Shown here one piece after another: positions 48,842 through 59,800 of a stretch of 64,000 nucleotides of DNA. Origin of the DNA: Macrostomum hystrix (lineage: Eukaryota > Animalia > Platyhelminthes); contig CATNEN010000002.1 of assembly GCA_950097015.1 (NCBI GenBank), positions 4,216,001 to 4,280,000 of the forward strand, given 5' to 3'. Each line of letters begins with the position of its first letter. Position 1 is the stretch's first letter. The position numbers and the translations under genes were made by a program. A model generated the notes under the pieces. It did no database searches. It was not told the origin of the DNA and saw only the letters and a program-made list of their open reading frames with translations.

Positions 48842-49993
48842 TCACGATGGCGCCGCCTGTCGCCGCTTCTTCGCACTGTCGGATCCGTTGGCCCGGACTT
48901 CCTTGGGCTTGTCTGCTGCCTCCTTTTCCTCCTCGGTTGATTCCTCCGAGTCCGATCGGGAGTCTTGCCGATTCCCGCTGAGTACAACTCTCAGAGCAAC
49001 CTTGCCGATAAAGTAGGACCAGATGATGTGCAGCGCCTGCAGAACAAGCAGGCAGGCCTGCAGACAGCGGAGAGCCGGGCTGCTGCCGCACTCCGAGTTT
49101 AACTCAGTCAGGGCTGTCAGGACAATGCGGAAAGGATACAGAATCAGCCGGGTGACGAACCAGACCGTCATGAAGGTGACAAATGCCGGGTCGCTGAGCC
49201 AGCGCAGCTTTGTGTAGCTGCCAATTTTGGCAAGGTGGAACAGCGGATCGACGGCGTCGTGCAGCGCCAGGATTAGCGCACCAATGCGGGTGAAGTTCAA
49301 GGACCAGCTGAACACCATCAGGATAATGGTGATGCAGTGGTGCAGCAGCATCTCTTTGAAATCCTTGCGCTTCGTGTCGTTGAACACGGTGGCCAGGGCG
49401 GTCCAGTAGTAGCCTAGCTCCACCATGTAGTACCAGTACACATCATCGGTCACGTGATGCTCCGGCCAGCCGCGCCAGATCTCGATGGTGCTCCACAAGT
49501 AGGGCTTGCTCCACAGCACAGCGACGCCATAGAAGAAGCTGATTAAATAGAATGTCAGCTGCCAGGCACTTTCGGCGAATTTCGTTAACTGGCTGGAGCG
49601 GTCGCGGTTGCGACGGACTCGGAACCAGTTGCTAACGAACAGCTCCGAGCGATCAATGGTCTTCGACAGGCTCTGATAGTCGACGCTCTCGCCGCTGCGC
49701 TTGCTACGCTGGAAGGCTTGTTCGAGACGGCGATCCTCCTTGCTCTTGGGCTGGTAGGTGACCGGGTCTTGCAGTCCCAGCCGACAGCCGAGCGGTCGAA
49801 ACAGCAGCCAATCGAGCAGGTGACGAATGCCAAATAGGACGGCCGCGCAGACGAACGAATACTTCAGGTCGGACAGGCGGGCTTTGAACACCGACGGGGT
49901 TGGATCCGACTGGCGTTCCAGACTGCGCCACGTGTAGCCGGGAGGCAGCCAGAAGCTCTCAGTCCAAAAGAAATCATAGAGAAACTCGGCCAT
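48842..49993 (-). CDS. CERS: Ceramide synthase (LAG1/LASS family, CerS5/6-like, with Hox-like and TLC domains), 383 aa, intronless CDS
   Basis: It has the N-terminal FWTESFWLPPGYTW, a homeobox-like VSNWFRVRRNRDR, KFAESAWQ, the Lag1 motif RKDFKEMLLHH...RIGALILALHDAVD, and the C-terminal DSRSDSEE phospho-motif. Confidence 0.96.
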   Translation of the reverse strand: MAEFLYDFFWTESFWLPPGYTWRSLERQSDPTPSVFKARLSDLKYSFVCAAVLFGIRHLLDWLLFRPLGCRLGLQDPVTYQPKSKEDRRLEQAFQRSKRSGESVDYQSLSKTIDRSELFVSNWFRVRRNRDRSSQLTKFAESAWQLTFYLISFFYGVAVLWSKPYLWSTIEIWRGWPEHHVTDDVYWYYMVELGYYWTALATVFNDTKRKDFKEMLLHHCITIILMVFSWSLNFTRIGALILALHDAVDPLFHLAKIGSYTKLRWLSDPAFVTFMTVWFVTRLILYPFRIVLTALTELNSECGSSPALRCLQACLLVLQALHIIWSYFIGKVALRVVLSGNRQDSRSDSEESTEEEKEAADKPKEVRANGSDSAKKRRQAAPS

Positions 49994-52900
49994 GGCTGTT
50001 CTGCCTAGTGTCTGGTGTTTCTTCTGCGTCCGTGCGGCAGAAAGATTTCTTTCACGCTCTCCTAAAGCTTTGCCTGAATGTAATTATTCTGCTGTAGAAT
50101 TCTACCACTCTGTTACGGCAGGGGTTAAAGTAGCCGGATTTGTTTATTTGCGCAGACTAGCTAAAATACATGTTGTGCAGTTTATGCACGCCTTAGCTTA
50201 CGGTCGGTGCCTAACACAAGCCTCATAACGCTTCATAATTATATAAACTGTACGCTTTAGGACCACGCTGGCTACGGGTGTTCTGAAAGGCGTTTTATCA
50301 GACGGGTCTCACCTTGTGGAACAGGCTAGTCTTACCAATGTACAGAGGGAAAGAAATAACTAGCAGAGATTACAGTGTTCTACAGTGTTTTTATACTGTG
50401 GTCCGACTAATAAATTCCCGAGTACATTAAAATCAACACTGTGGGGATAGACTGACAATCGCAGAAAATATCAGTTCTGCTATTAGGAATAAAGAAACTT
50501 ATGTGAAACGTACTATTTGACAAGGTCGTTAGTATAGTTTGCGAACTATGTTGTCTGTCTTTCTTTGTTGCTAAATTTAGCTAGTCTGACTGGTGGCCTA
50601 ATTCTGCAGAGATGCTGAGCGATGCTGAGCTGCGCGAATTGCCAGGCTTCTTCTGAAATGCGGCATTTGGATAGGGTTAAGCACTATTACCCGGGTACAA
50701 AAGTGTTTCATATGCATATAGAATGGGCTTGAAAGAATTAAGCGCTTTGTACACTTATACACAGCTAAGCATGGTTCCATGACCATCTATCTTATGCACT
50801 TTTAACTGCGGCAAAACTATTAGAATGTCAATTTAGTCAAGGCAGGTCAAAAAATTCCAATGCTCGTTTTTATTTATTAAAATACCGATTTCCTGATAGC
50901 CCTACGTTTTTCTAGACTAAATGTATTTGGTATTGATGTGACTGCAGCCATGCCTGTACATATTCTGTTTGAGTTGGTGTACTGTCACTCACCTGGCTAG
51001 CTACAAGATTAGCGCTGCTGCTGCTGCTGCTGCTGTGTGCTCCGCTGTTGCGATTTGTGTCTGCGAGAAGGGGATTATCACTAACACACGGGAGGACGTG
51101 GACCATGCCACTAGTCTTTTCGCAGGCTGTCTGACTTAGCAGAATTTCCTTAGCCAGACTGACAGAGCCCAATCTGCTGGGCTCCGGGTTTCTCTCTGAG
51201 GTGGGCACGACAGTTTCTTGTGTTCTTAGCTTGCTGAGAGGGAGTGAGACGGAGAGTGCCTTTCTTCCTTTCAACCGACTCCTCCTTGGCCGGGAGTTTG
51301 GTGCCTTTCAGTGCTGTTTTGGCTTGAAAAAAGCTGGGAGAGGCCGCGTATGAGAATAGCAAAGTAGCGTATGTCGCTTCACACTCTGAGCTATTTTTGA
51401 ACTCAGGGAGGGCAGAGTTGGAGCTGACTTTGACTGGCTAAGGGTAAGGCCACGAGGGGAGCCAGTTAGTAAGGGCTGGGTTTGGGAGCACTGGACGCTA
51501 TTTATTTTAGCAGTTTCTCGCCAACCTCCGCCGATTTCTCTCCACACGCCGCGGGTAAGGGGGGGAGAAGAATAAGCGGCTGATTGGGAAGCAAGCAGCG
51601 CTAAAGGTGGGCAGGAGGGGAGAAGGAAGAGGGGAGAGAGGAGAAACGAGGTGGGCAGACGGGCAGTATGGTCCTGGGCTGACTCAACGCATTTAGCTTT
51701 CTACCCGCTAACCAATCAGCTGCGGCCCATCCTCATTGCTGGAGGATTCTCCACTCAAGGACAAACCATTTTTTATAAATGCATCATTTTCTGCTAGGAA
51801 ACATGCATACAGCGCGTGCTTATCATTTATCAAATAGCCCTGTTGGGGCAACTGAAGGAGAATGTTAATAGTGCTTAAAATGGCACCACCCATCTGTGGT
51901 CAAGGTGGGTCTGAGGTTGGCTTTGACTGGCAGACAGGGATTAGTTAAGACCATTGTCGTCTTATGTATTTTGTATTCTCAATCGACGGGGAAGTCACAC
52001 CCCAAGCATCAAAGCTAAAGGCAAGTGGGAAAATTATCCCAATTCCAATTATATTATGAAGGCGTGGCTGCAGCTGTGCTTCTTGCAATGGCTGCGAAGG
52101 CTTCGTTTCTACGCTCGTAAATTATATTTTGCTAAGTATTACTAAGTACTTGACGCAACTGTGTCTGTACCCAATGAACTGTTTACTCTGGAATAAAATC
52201 TGCATTCAGTATAGGCTGGCCAGCTATAGAAGCTAAAAATAGAGCCGTGCCTCGATCGCTGCGTATATTAAGCTAGCAGCAGTTGTTTACATGTTGCTTC
52301 AAGCGACCACTTCGAAAATTTTAACATTTTGACAACCAGACTACAATATAGGCCTTCTTGCTTTACATTTCATTATTAGCTGTAAATGTTTAAAAAAGCC
52401 TTGTCATAGAAACGCTAAAGCTTGTTAAAACCAAAATTTATTTATCTAGCAGCTAGTATGTTATTAGCACTAAAGCAGAGGTTATCAAGTGTCAAAGGTG
52501 TAGACTCAGCTTTAACCAACCCTTATTATTATATGTTTCATTCAGTAGTTGCACAAGCGACAATAAATAAGCAAATGTTATCGATAACAGGAAGTGAGCA
52601 GTTACGCTGGCCGCACAAATACCACTGAAACACATTTTTAACGCGTAGAAACTTACGGAAATTGTTCACTAGTCAGTAATTATAACTCTGATCTGGTGTC
52701 CACCTCTTCCTTGCTTTTGTTAAAATAGAGGCAGGCAAGAACAAATTTGACGACAATATCTACCGTACACTGGAAGTTATAATGTTATAGCTTGTTTAAA
52801 TATTTTGGATGCCATGTTCTTGAGTCAGATATGGCAGAAAAACTGAGAAAGCTTCTATTGGCTAGTGTCTTTGTCTAGTTACTTTCCGATTCTTTCTTGA

Positions 52901-53352
52901 ACATTTAGCTGATAATGTAGTTTGAATCGATGGTCGAAACGGCAGGATCGCGCTCTCTGCGACTGTCTATGGCCAAAAAGGAGACACTTGCATGGAAGTG
53001 TGTGAAATTTTTCCGCAGCATTTCTCGGCTAACACAAAACTAGCTGAAACCACCACAGGTACTAAATACCATAGATAGTTCACTTAGCACTATCTTTATA
53101 TTTGCTTTATTTTCTGTCCTGACATGAAAATATGGCTGGCTTATCGTGTCACATTCGCGAAACTTTGCTGCTTTCAATAATTTTTTCTATGGCCAATCTT
53201 GGCATTGGATTATGCTTTATAAAAATATGCTTAGCAGAAGCTATAAACCGAATTAGCGAAAAATTTTGCCCTCCCCAATGAAAACGTATAGCCTTGGCCA
53301 TAGACAACCGAAATCAATCGACTTGTAAGTTAGCAGTCGAGTGGGATGAGAC

Positions 53353-54646
53353 CACAGACCAAGAAATATAACTAGACTGCGCATGAGGGTAAAAAAAGTT
53401 GTGCCTTTTTCCTAGTAGGAAAAGTGGCACCCCCCACGATCGATAATTGTGCCCGGGCCTTTCTTCTTACCCTCAGCCAACTCAGCTTGTCGGGGTCTCT
53501 TTTTTCTTTATGTTCGTAACTAGTAAAAATTCAGACTCAGTAAGAAATAAGATTAACAAATTAACAACTACAGATTCATTTTTAATTCATCTAGAAATTT
53601 TTGTATCTAGAATGCCGCTGCTTCGTTTAACATGCACTTGGCCTTTAGATCCAGAATTGCGTCCTTCAATGTTTTGGCTCTCTGTTTAATTTGCCTGTGC
53701 TTTGAGCGCAGAGATCGAATTTTTCTGTACTTGCTCTGTACCGTCCGACGCAGGATTTCAATGGCCTTAGCACTTTTCTTAGATCTCTTATGAGCAGCCA
53801 AAAGCCTATTGTATCTGCAACTCAGGTTTTTTAGGACTCTCACCTTTTTTTCGAATTGTTCTCTGGCCACACAGTTGGCATGCAGTTCTTGTAGGGGTTG
53901 TTCTGGTTCATCTGCCTCCGTGTCAGTTGGCTGAGCCTTCGTCTTGCTACATTCCGGCGCTTTCAAAAATGCAGCAAAGTCAACTTCCTGAGCAGCGGCG
54001 GCGGTGGCTGTTTTTCGCTTCTTTTCAACAGGCAGCAGGCGGTCAGGGAGCGTCGGGAAGATAGAAGGAACAGCATTTGGATACAGCCGCCTTCTTGTGG
54101 TGGGCAGAAAGCCGGCTAGTTGTTCCTTGAAGCAAGACTCTGCAAAGTGGACCGAGCAGACTTGGGTGGTCGCCGATGGTTTGAACTCCGACGCAACGCA
54201 ACCAGCCACTTTCTCTTCATTTCAGTCTCCTTTGGAAAAAATGGAAGGACACTGCCGGAGACATTGACGAGTTGTTCGAGCAGCCTAGAGCGCAGCAAAA
54301 GCTGCCGTGACTTTTTCTGCTAGGCAGTTTTGAAGAATTAGATTCTTCCATGGCAGTTCGATTTGGTGAGGATTGATCTAGATTAGACTGAAGCAGCTTG
54401 CTTTGTATTTCAAGTATGTGTTTTATAAGTTTATATTTTTGGCCCCAGACCACGTTAATATATAGCTATATATCAACGCAGGCGAAAAGAAAAGCAGGCC
54501 TGTACCCTAACTTCTTGCCCAAGCACAATTATCGATCGTTTTCGAGTAGGGAGAGAGGGACCATTTTTTTCCACTGTCATTTGGTCAAAAACAAGCCCAA
54601 GAAAGAAATGCGGGATGCGCAGTCTAGTTATATTTCTTGGTCTGTG
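53353..54646 (-). mobile_element. 1294-bp internally deleted P-superfamily (THAP) DNA transposon with perfect 32-bp TIRs and an 8-bp TSD (GATGAGAC)
   Basis: The TIR CACAGACCAAGAAATATAACTAGACTGCGCAT lies at 53353-53384, with its reverse complement at 54615-54646. GATGAGAC lies at 53345-53352 and 54647-54654. A perfect 17-bp subterminal inverted repeat lies at 53436-53452 / 54523-54539. Confidence 0.92.
53607..54351 (-). pseudogene. THAP-domain + coiled-coil N-terminal part of a P-element (THAP9-like) transposase, with two apparent 1-bp deletions
   Basis: Three frames join to give MEE...FCCALGCSN...VSFHF/FPKETEMKRKWLVALRR/EFKPSATTQVCSVHFAESCF...RRRLYPNAVPSIF, which is the C2CH THAP signature with the AVPxIF box. 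A basic coiled coil follows. No RNase H catalytic core is present. Confidence 0.88.
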
Positions 54647-54699
54647 GATGAGACACATTGGAGTTAAATGGTTGAGGGCGGAGACAGCGAAGGGAAAGA

Positions 54700-55230
54700 C
54701 TTTATACTTCGCGATTGAAACCAGCAAACAGCAGGACTGACAACAACACCGCAAGGGCAATCCAGACAGGTGGCATTTCAATAGCAGGTCGTCTAATGCA
54801 GAAGGTCAGGCGTCATGCCGTCTGGCTGGAAGCTGCTCAGTACATTGGCGGCTATATGTGCTTAAGCAAAGCCGAGTTCTTGACTGTCAGCTGTGCAACT
54901 CTTTGCTTACAACATCTGCACCTGTGGGAGTTCACATTCAGCACAAGACGTACCCGCATGCATTTCGCGGGTTAACGGCACCATCGCTTGTGGCTCTTGT
55001 TGCATTTATGAGGACTGAGGCCGCCGTTACAGCCCTGCAACCCAGCTTCATGATCCAGCCACGTGTGGCAGATCGTTTTAAGGAGCCTCCTCTGGACACA
55101 ATTAAAATCACTAAATTACACACGGGTGCTAAATCAAGTGTTTCATACATTCGCTCACCTGCGGCTGCACAACTGGTGCCGTCGCGAAAAGAGGAATCTG
55201 CGTGCGCGGTTGCTCAGAAAAAAGAAGACC
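54700..55230 (+). pseudogene. Degenerate C-terminal fragment of a P-element/THAP9-like transposase
   Basis: Frameshifted segments read AAQYIGGYMC / VLDCQLCNSLL...HIQHKTYPHAFRGLTAPSL. This follows the THAP9 C-terminal pattern YIAGY...CxxC...L...K...GLxxPS. An upstream DNNTARAI resembles the NNNPTAxQF motif. Confidence 0.6.
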
Positions 55231-56436
55231 ATGTACTTATTATAACTATTTCCCCTTTCATATCCTGCTTTTCTCACTTGAATTGCTCGAGAAATATTGT
55301 TTGAACGTTTAATGAATGACAAATATTTCGGTACTCAGTACAAAACTCAATAATTAATCAATGCAAAAACATAGGAAAAATGGAATTCGAGCGTTTAAAA
55401 TTCTTTGAACCTTGATTTTCTGTATTTTTTCGTAATCAAGTAATTAAGTAATAACAACGTATATAAAACAAATAAGTACGTTCATAATACCGACCATAAA
55501 GTAATTTTCTTTAAAAATCGTTAAGTGAACCAATCTTGTGGTATTTTAGTATCTGTGACCGAAACACTCGTGGCGAGAAAATGTCCATATAAAAATATCA
55601 CTCATTTCCCATTTGGCCATAGACAGTCGCAGAAAGCGCGTGTCGGCCGTTTCGACCTTATTTCGATATGCATAGGCAATGAAATACCATGCGCAACTCT
55701 TGTAATTCAGCAAATATTATGATATTATCAAGTTGCCAGCAAAATATTAATTGCTTAATGAATTCAGCCATAATTCAGACAATTTAGCAAAAATTGCGGA
55801 AGACTTTGCATTGTTTCTTTTCGAGTCTACCGTTAAAATGTATTTCACTTTTAGAATGCCGCGAGGATAAATATAGAAAACGAGCTTTCTAAAATAAAAA
55901 AACTAGATTTAGTCCCGGTAAAAGTGACTACAAGCAGATAATAATATAACACATTTTAGGAGTATAAATATAGTAGGCATCGTTTATTGGATTTGCTTAA
56001 TTATCTGCTAAGTCATTGAGCTACAAAGCTACTTTTTAAAAATAAGATATGCACTTGCAGGCTACAACTAAGTTGAGGCAGATTACAGCTTTATTGGTAT
56101 ATTAAAACTGAGCAAACAATTTGTAGTTTTTGTTTGAATGATGACGCACACTGAAACAAATTAAATACGCGCAGCTCTCACAGACTGCAAAAGATGTTTG
56201 AGACTTAAAAATCAATGCTTTAGCTAATTTGAATCACGTGCACAAGAATAAGGATAATTGTTGCAAAATACGGAAGTAATAGCCAATTTACTGCCCGCTC
56301 AACCAACCTGACATATTGACCCGACAAAATACAAACAAAAGCTATAAATAGAACACATCGTCATCCATCATAAGGCCACGACGCTCACCACCATTTCTAA
56401 AAAAATATCACAGGCTATACAATTAGCTCAATCATG

Positions 56437-56698
56437 CGCCCAATGCGTGCTTTGAAGTCACGCGCCCAATGCGTGCTTTGGAGTCACGCACCCAATGCGT
56501 GCTTTGGAGTCACGCACCCAATGCGTGCTTTGGAGTCACGCACCCAATGCGTGCTTTGGAGTCACGCACCCAATGCGTGCTTTGGAGTCACGCACCCAAT
56601 GCGTGCTTTGGAGTCACGCACCCAATGCGTGCTTTGGAGTCACGCACCCAATGCGTGCTTTGGAGTCACGCGCCCAATGCGTGCTTTGGAGTCACGCG
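56437..56698. repeat. 26-bp tandem repeat CCCAATGCGTGCTTTGGAGTCACGCA, ~10 copies
   Basis: Read directly from the sequence. Confidence 0.95.
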
Positions 56699-56885
56699 TC
56701 GGGTGTCTGACGGATTTCAGCAAGCGTGAATGCGCCCCACGCGTAAGACACTTTTCGAATTTCATAAAACTCTAGCCTTAAAAAATCGAAATTAAATATG
56801 ACACCGTGCAGAGAGTTACAGAGTAGCGTTTGCTAGCATTTGCGGTCTACCGAGGAATTAAAAAAAGCAGTCCAAAAATGTAAGT

Positions 56886-59800
56886 TTACTTCCGACGATA
56901 GTCCATCGGATCAGTGATTTTAGAATTCTCATCGAATGCCTCAATGCACAGAACCACCAGCCGGCTGTCGCAGGTGATCTCGCGGGACTGGAACAGGCTG
57001 CCACTCAGCAGGTTGGTGGCACGGCCGGTTTCCATCCGATCCCGGTTGCTGAAGCCCTCGCAGTTAGGCTCCGACATGCCCTGCGACCTTCGAATACCCT
57101 GCCAGGCCAGGATCTCCTCGCTGCGGATGGCAGAGAGGAGGATAGCGACATTGTGCATCATTATTGATTTTTTAATTGAACTTAAATCACGCACGACTTC
57201 CGTGACAAATGAAAAGCTTGGGGCAAGTGAGCAAAAAAGTGCTCGAGTGTTTATCAAGCACTATTAAAAACTCACCGGCCTATGTTCTCCGTCCAGTCTG
57301 CGATGTCTTTGCCACTGAAGTCCTGAATCTGGATGCGATTGTTCCAGTTGCCATCAAGCAGCATGTCTTGAAAGCTGTTAAACAGCTTCTGGCCCTGTTT
57401 TGAGAAGAGACGTTGAAATTTTTGTTGTTTCTCCTATAGCCAAGCCTCTCTTCGTAATTCGTTTCACTTTCATCTTGCTGGCTGCGACAAGAGAAAAAAA
57501 TTTCAATTTTGCGCAAAAATACTCACATGAAAATTGACCACAGGTACCGTGGTTCGCTGGGACATTTGTACCACAGTGTCTAGTCTGTTGTACATGCCGT
57601 TCAGGAACACCTTGAAGTAGCTCCTAGCTAGGCCGGCTTTTTGCGCAGCGTCCTGACAGGCGTAGTCGCCCGCTAGAATGCTGGAGGCGCTGCGATAGTA
57701 CAGGTCGCCCGGCATCGTGAATGGCAGCGCTACTAGGCGAAGCTGTTCATGTTTTTTTGGGGCATTGGGGTTGACGTCAGCTCGCTCCCCTCTCTTGGCA
57801 TACTTGTGCGCCCCTTCTAATTCCGCTCTACTCATCCGCCCGCTCTCCAGTCCCTTCTTCGCTCTCCGGCTTCTTCTCCCTACTCATCCATCCCTCTTCC
57901 GCCCCACTCATCCATCCCTCTTCCGTCCCACTCATCCATCCTTCTTCCCCACTAATCATCCGCCCTTCTTCCCCACTACTCATCCGCCCTTCTTCCCCAC
58001 TACTCATCCGCCCCTTCTTCCCCACTACTCATCCGCCCTTCTTCCCCACTAATCATCCGCCCTTCTTCCCCACTACTCATCCGCCCCTTCTTCCACACTA
58101 CTCATCCGCCCCTTCTTCCGCTCTACTCATCCGCCCCTTCTTCCATACTACTCATCCGCCCCTTCTTCCCCACTACTCATCCGCCCCTTCTTCCCCACTA
58201 ATCTTCCGCCCTTCTTCCCCACTACTCATCCGCCCCTTCTTCCACACTACTCATCCGCCCCTTCTTCCACACTACTCATCCGCCCCTTCTTCCCCACTAA
58301 TCATCCGCCCTTCTGCCCCACTACTCATCCGCCCCTTCTTCCACACTACTCATCCGCCCCTTCTTCCGCTCTACTCATCCGCCCCTTCTTCCACACTACT
58401 CATCCGCCCCTTCTTCCCCACTACTCATCCGCCCCTTCTTCCCCACTAATCTTCCGCCCTTCTTCCCCACTACTCATCCGCCCCTTCTTCCACACTACTC
58501 ATCCGCCCCTTCTTCCGCACTACTCATCCGCCCCTTCTTCCACACTACTGATCCGCCCCTTCTTCCCCACTACTCATCCGCCCCTTCTTCCGCTCTACTC
58601 ATCCGCCCCTTCTTCCACACTACTCATCCGCCCCTTCTTCCCCACTACTCATCCGCCCCTTCTTCCCCACTACTCATCCGCCCCTTCTTCCCCACTAATC
58701 TTCCGCCCTTCTTCCCCACTACTCATCCGCCCCTTCTTCCACACTACTCATCCGCCCCTTCTTCCGCTCTACTCATCCGCCCCTTCTTCCCCACTACTCA
58801 TCCGCCCCTTCTTACCCACTACTCATCCGCCCCTTCTTCCGCTCTACTCATCCGCCCCTTCTTCCCCACTACTGATCCGCCCCTTCTTCCCCACTATTCA
58901 TCCGCCCCTTCTTCCGCTCTACTCATCCGCCCCTTCTTCTCCCTACTGATCCGCCCCTTCTTCCGCTCTACTCATCCGCCCCTTCTTCCGCTCTACTCAT
59001 CCGCCCCTTCTCCCGCTCTACTCATCCGCCCCTTCTTCCGCTCTACTCATCCGCCCCTTCTTCCGCTCTACTCATCAGAGCACACTCACCCTGGGTCCAG
59101 AGATGACGTTGGATCTGAAAATGGGTGCCTGCGGCGCTCTGGTACTCCTGGCTGTTGGAGACGACTGAAGCAGAAAAAAAAAATTCAATATTTTTTACTA
59201 TTTAAAATAGAGTGAAAATCAATCACTACCTTCTATTTTACTAAATCGACTTACCGGGAATGGCATTCTTCTCGATCGCCTGTCCTGAAAATTTTGTGTT
59301 GTGCGAAACGGCTGTGAATTGGGTTCTAAAAGTACAACACCCCTGAGACAGCTTGTTTTAGCAATCCTTGAGGCTTAGCGCTTTGAGCAGCCCCAAATCC
59401 TTTGAGTCAACACGGTCCAGTGGGGTGGGGGTAAGTTAAGCTGCAGACTACAGCTTGACACGGGACTGAGTATCCGACAGCTCACAATAGTTATTTTTCA
59501 AGCCCCCTAAAGCTTGTCTTGCAAAAGTACTTTTAAAAAATGAGCAAGAGAGTTTAGAAATATGAGATCAGAATGAACAGAACAATAACAAAGAGCATAT
59601 CGCTAACGAGAAAAGATTTACATACGTCGATAATCCTTTCTTAATCCGCTTTTAATCCCAACCCAACCAGTCCTAAATCCACCTTAATTCTCCAGTAGTT
59701 AATATCAATCCGAGCCTACTAAATAATCAATTTTATATCCACCATTGATCCAAACTCCAACTTAATCCACCAGCAACCCAATATCAGTCCACCTACAATC

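Larger units (their letters stand above)
52932..55657. mobile_element. Composite element bounded by 46-bp imperfect inverted repeats (52932-52977 / 55612-55657)
   Basis: The left end is GGTCGAAACGGCaggatCGCGCTcTCTGCGACTGTCTATGGCCAAA. The reverse complement of the right end is GGTCGAAACGGCcgacaCGCGCTtTCTGCGACTGTCTATGGCCAAA. No clean TSD. Confidence 0.6.

Noticed and set aside
50912-51547. Stop-codon readthrough or selenocysteine: two in-frame minus-strand ORFs separated by one TGA at 51308-51310
   Set aside because: Neither part resembles a known protein, both use non-ATG track starts, and I saw no SECIS-like element. A UTR exon is a simpler explanation.
52922-55667. Target-site duplication for the outer 46-bp inverted-repeat element
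   Set aside because: The flanks TTGAATCGAT and TTATTTCGAT match only 7 of 10 positions, so they are not accepted as a TSD.
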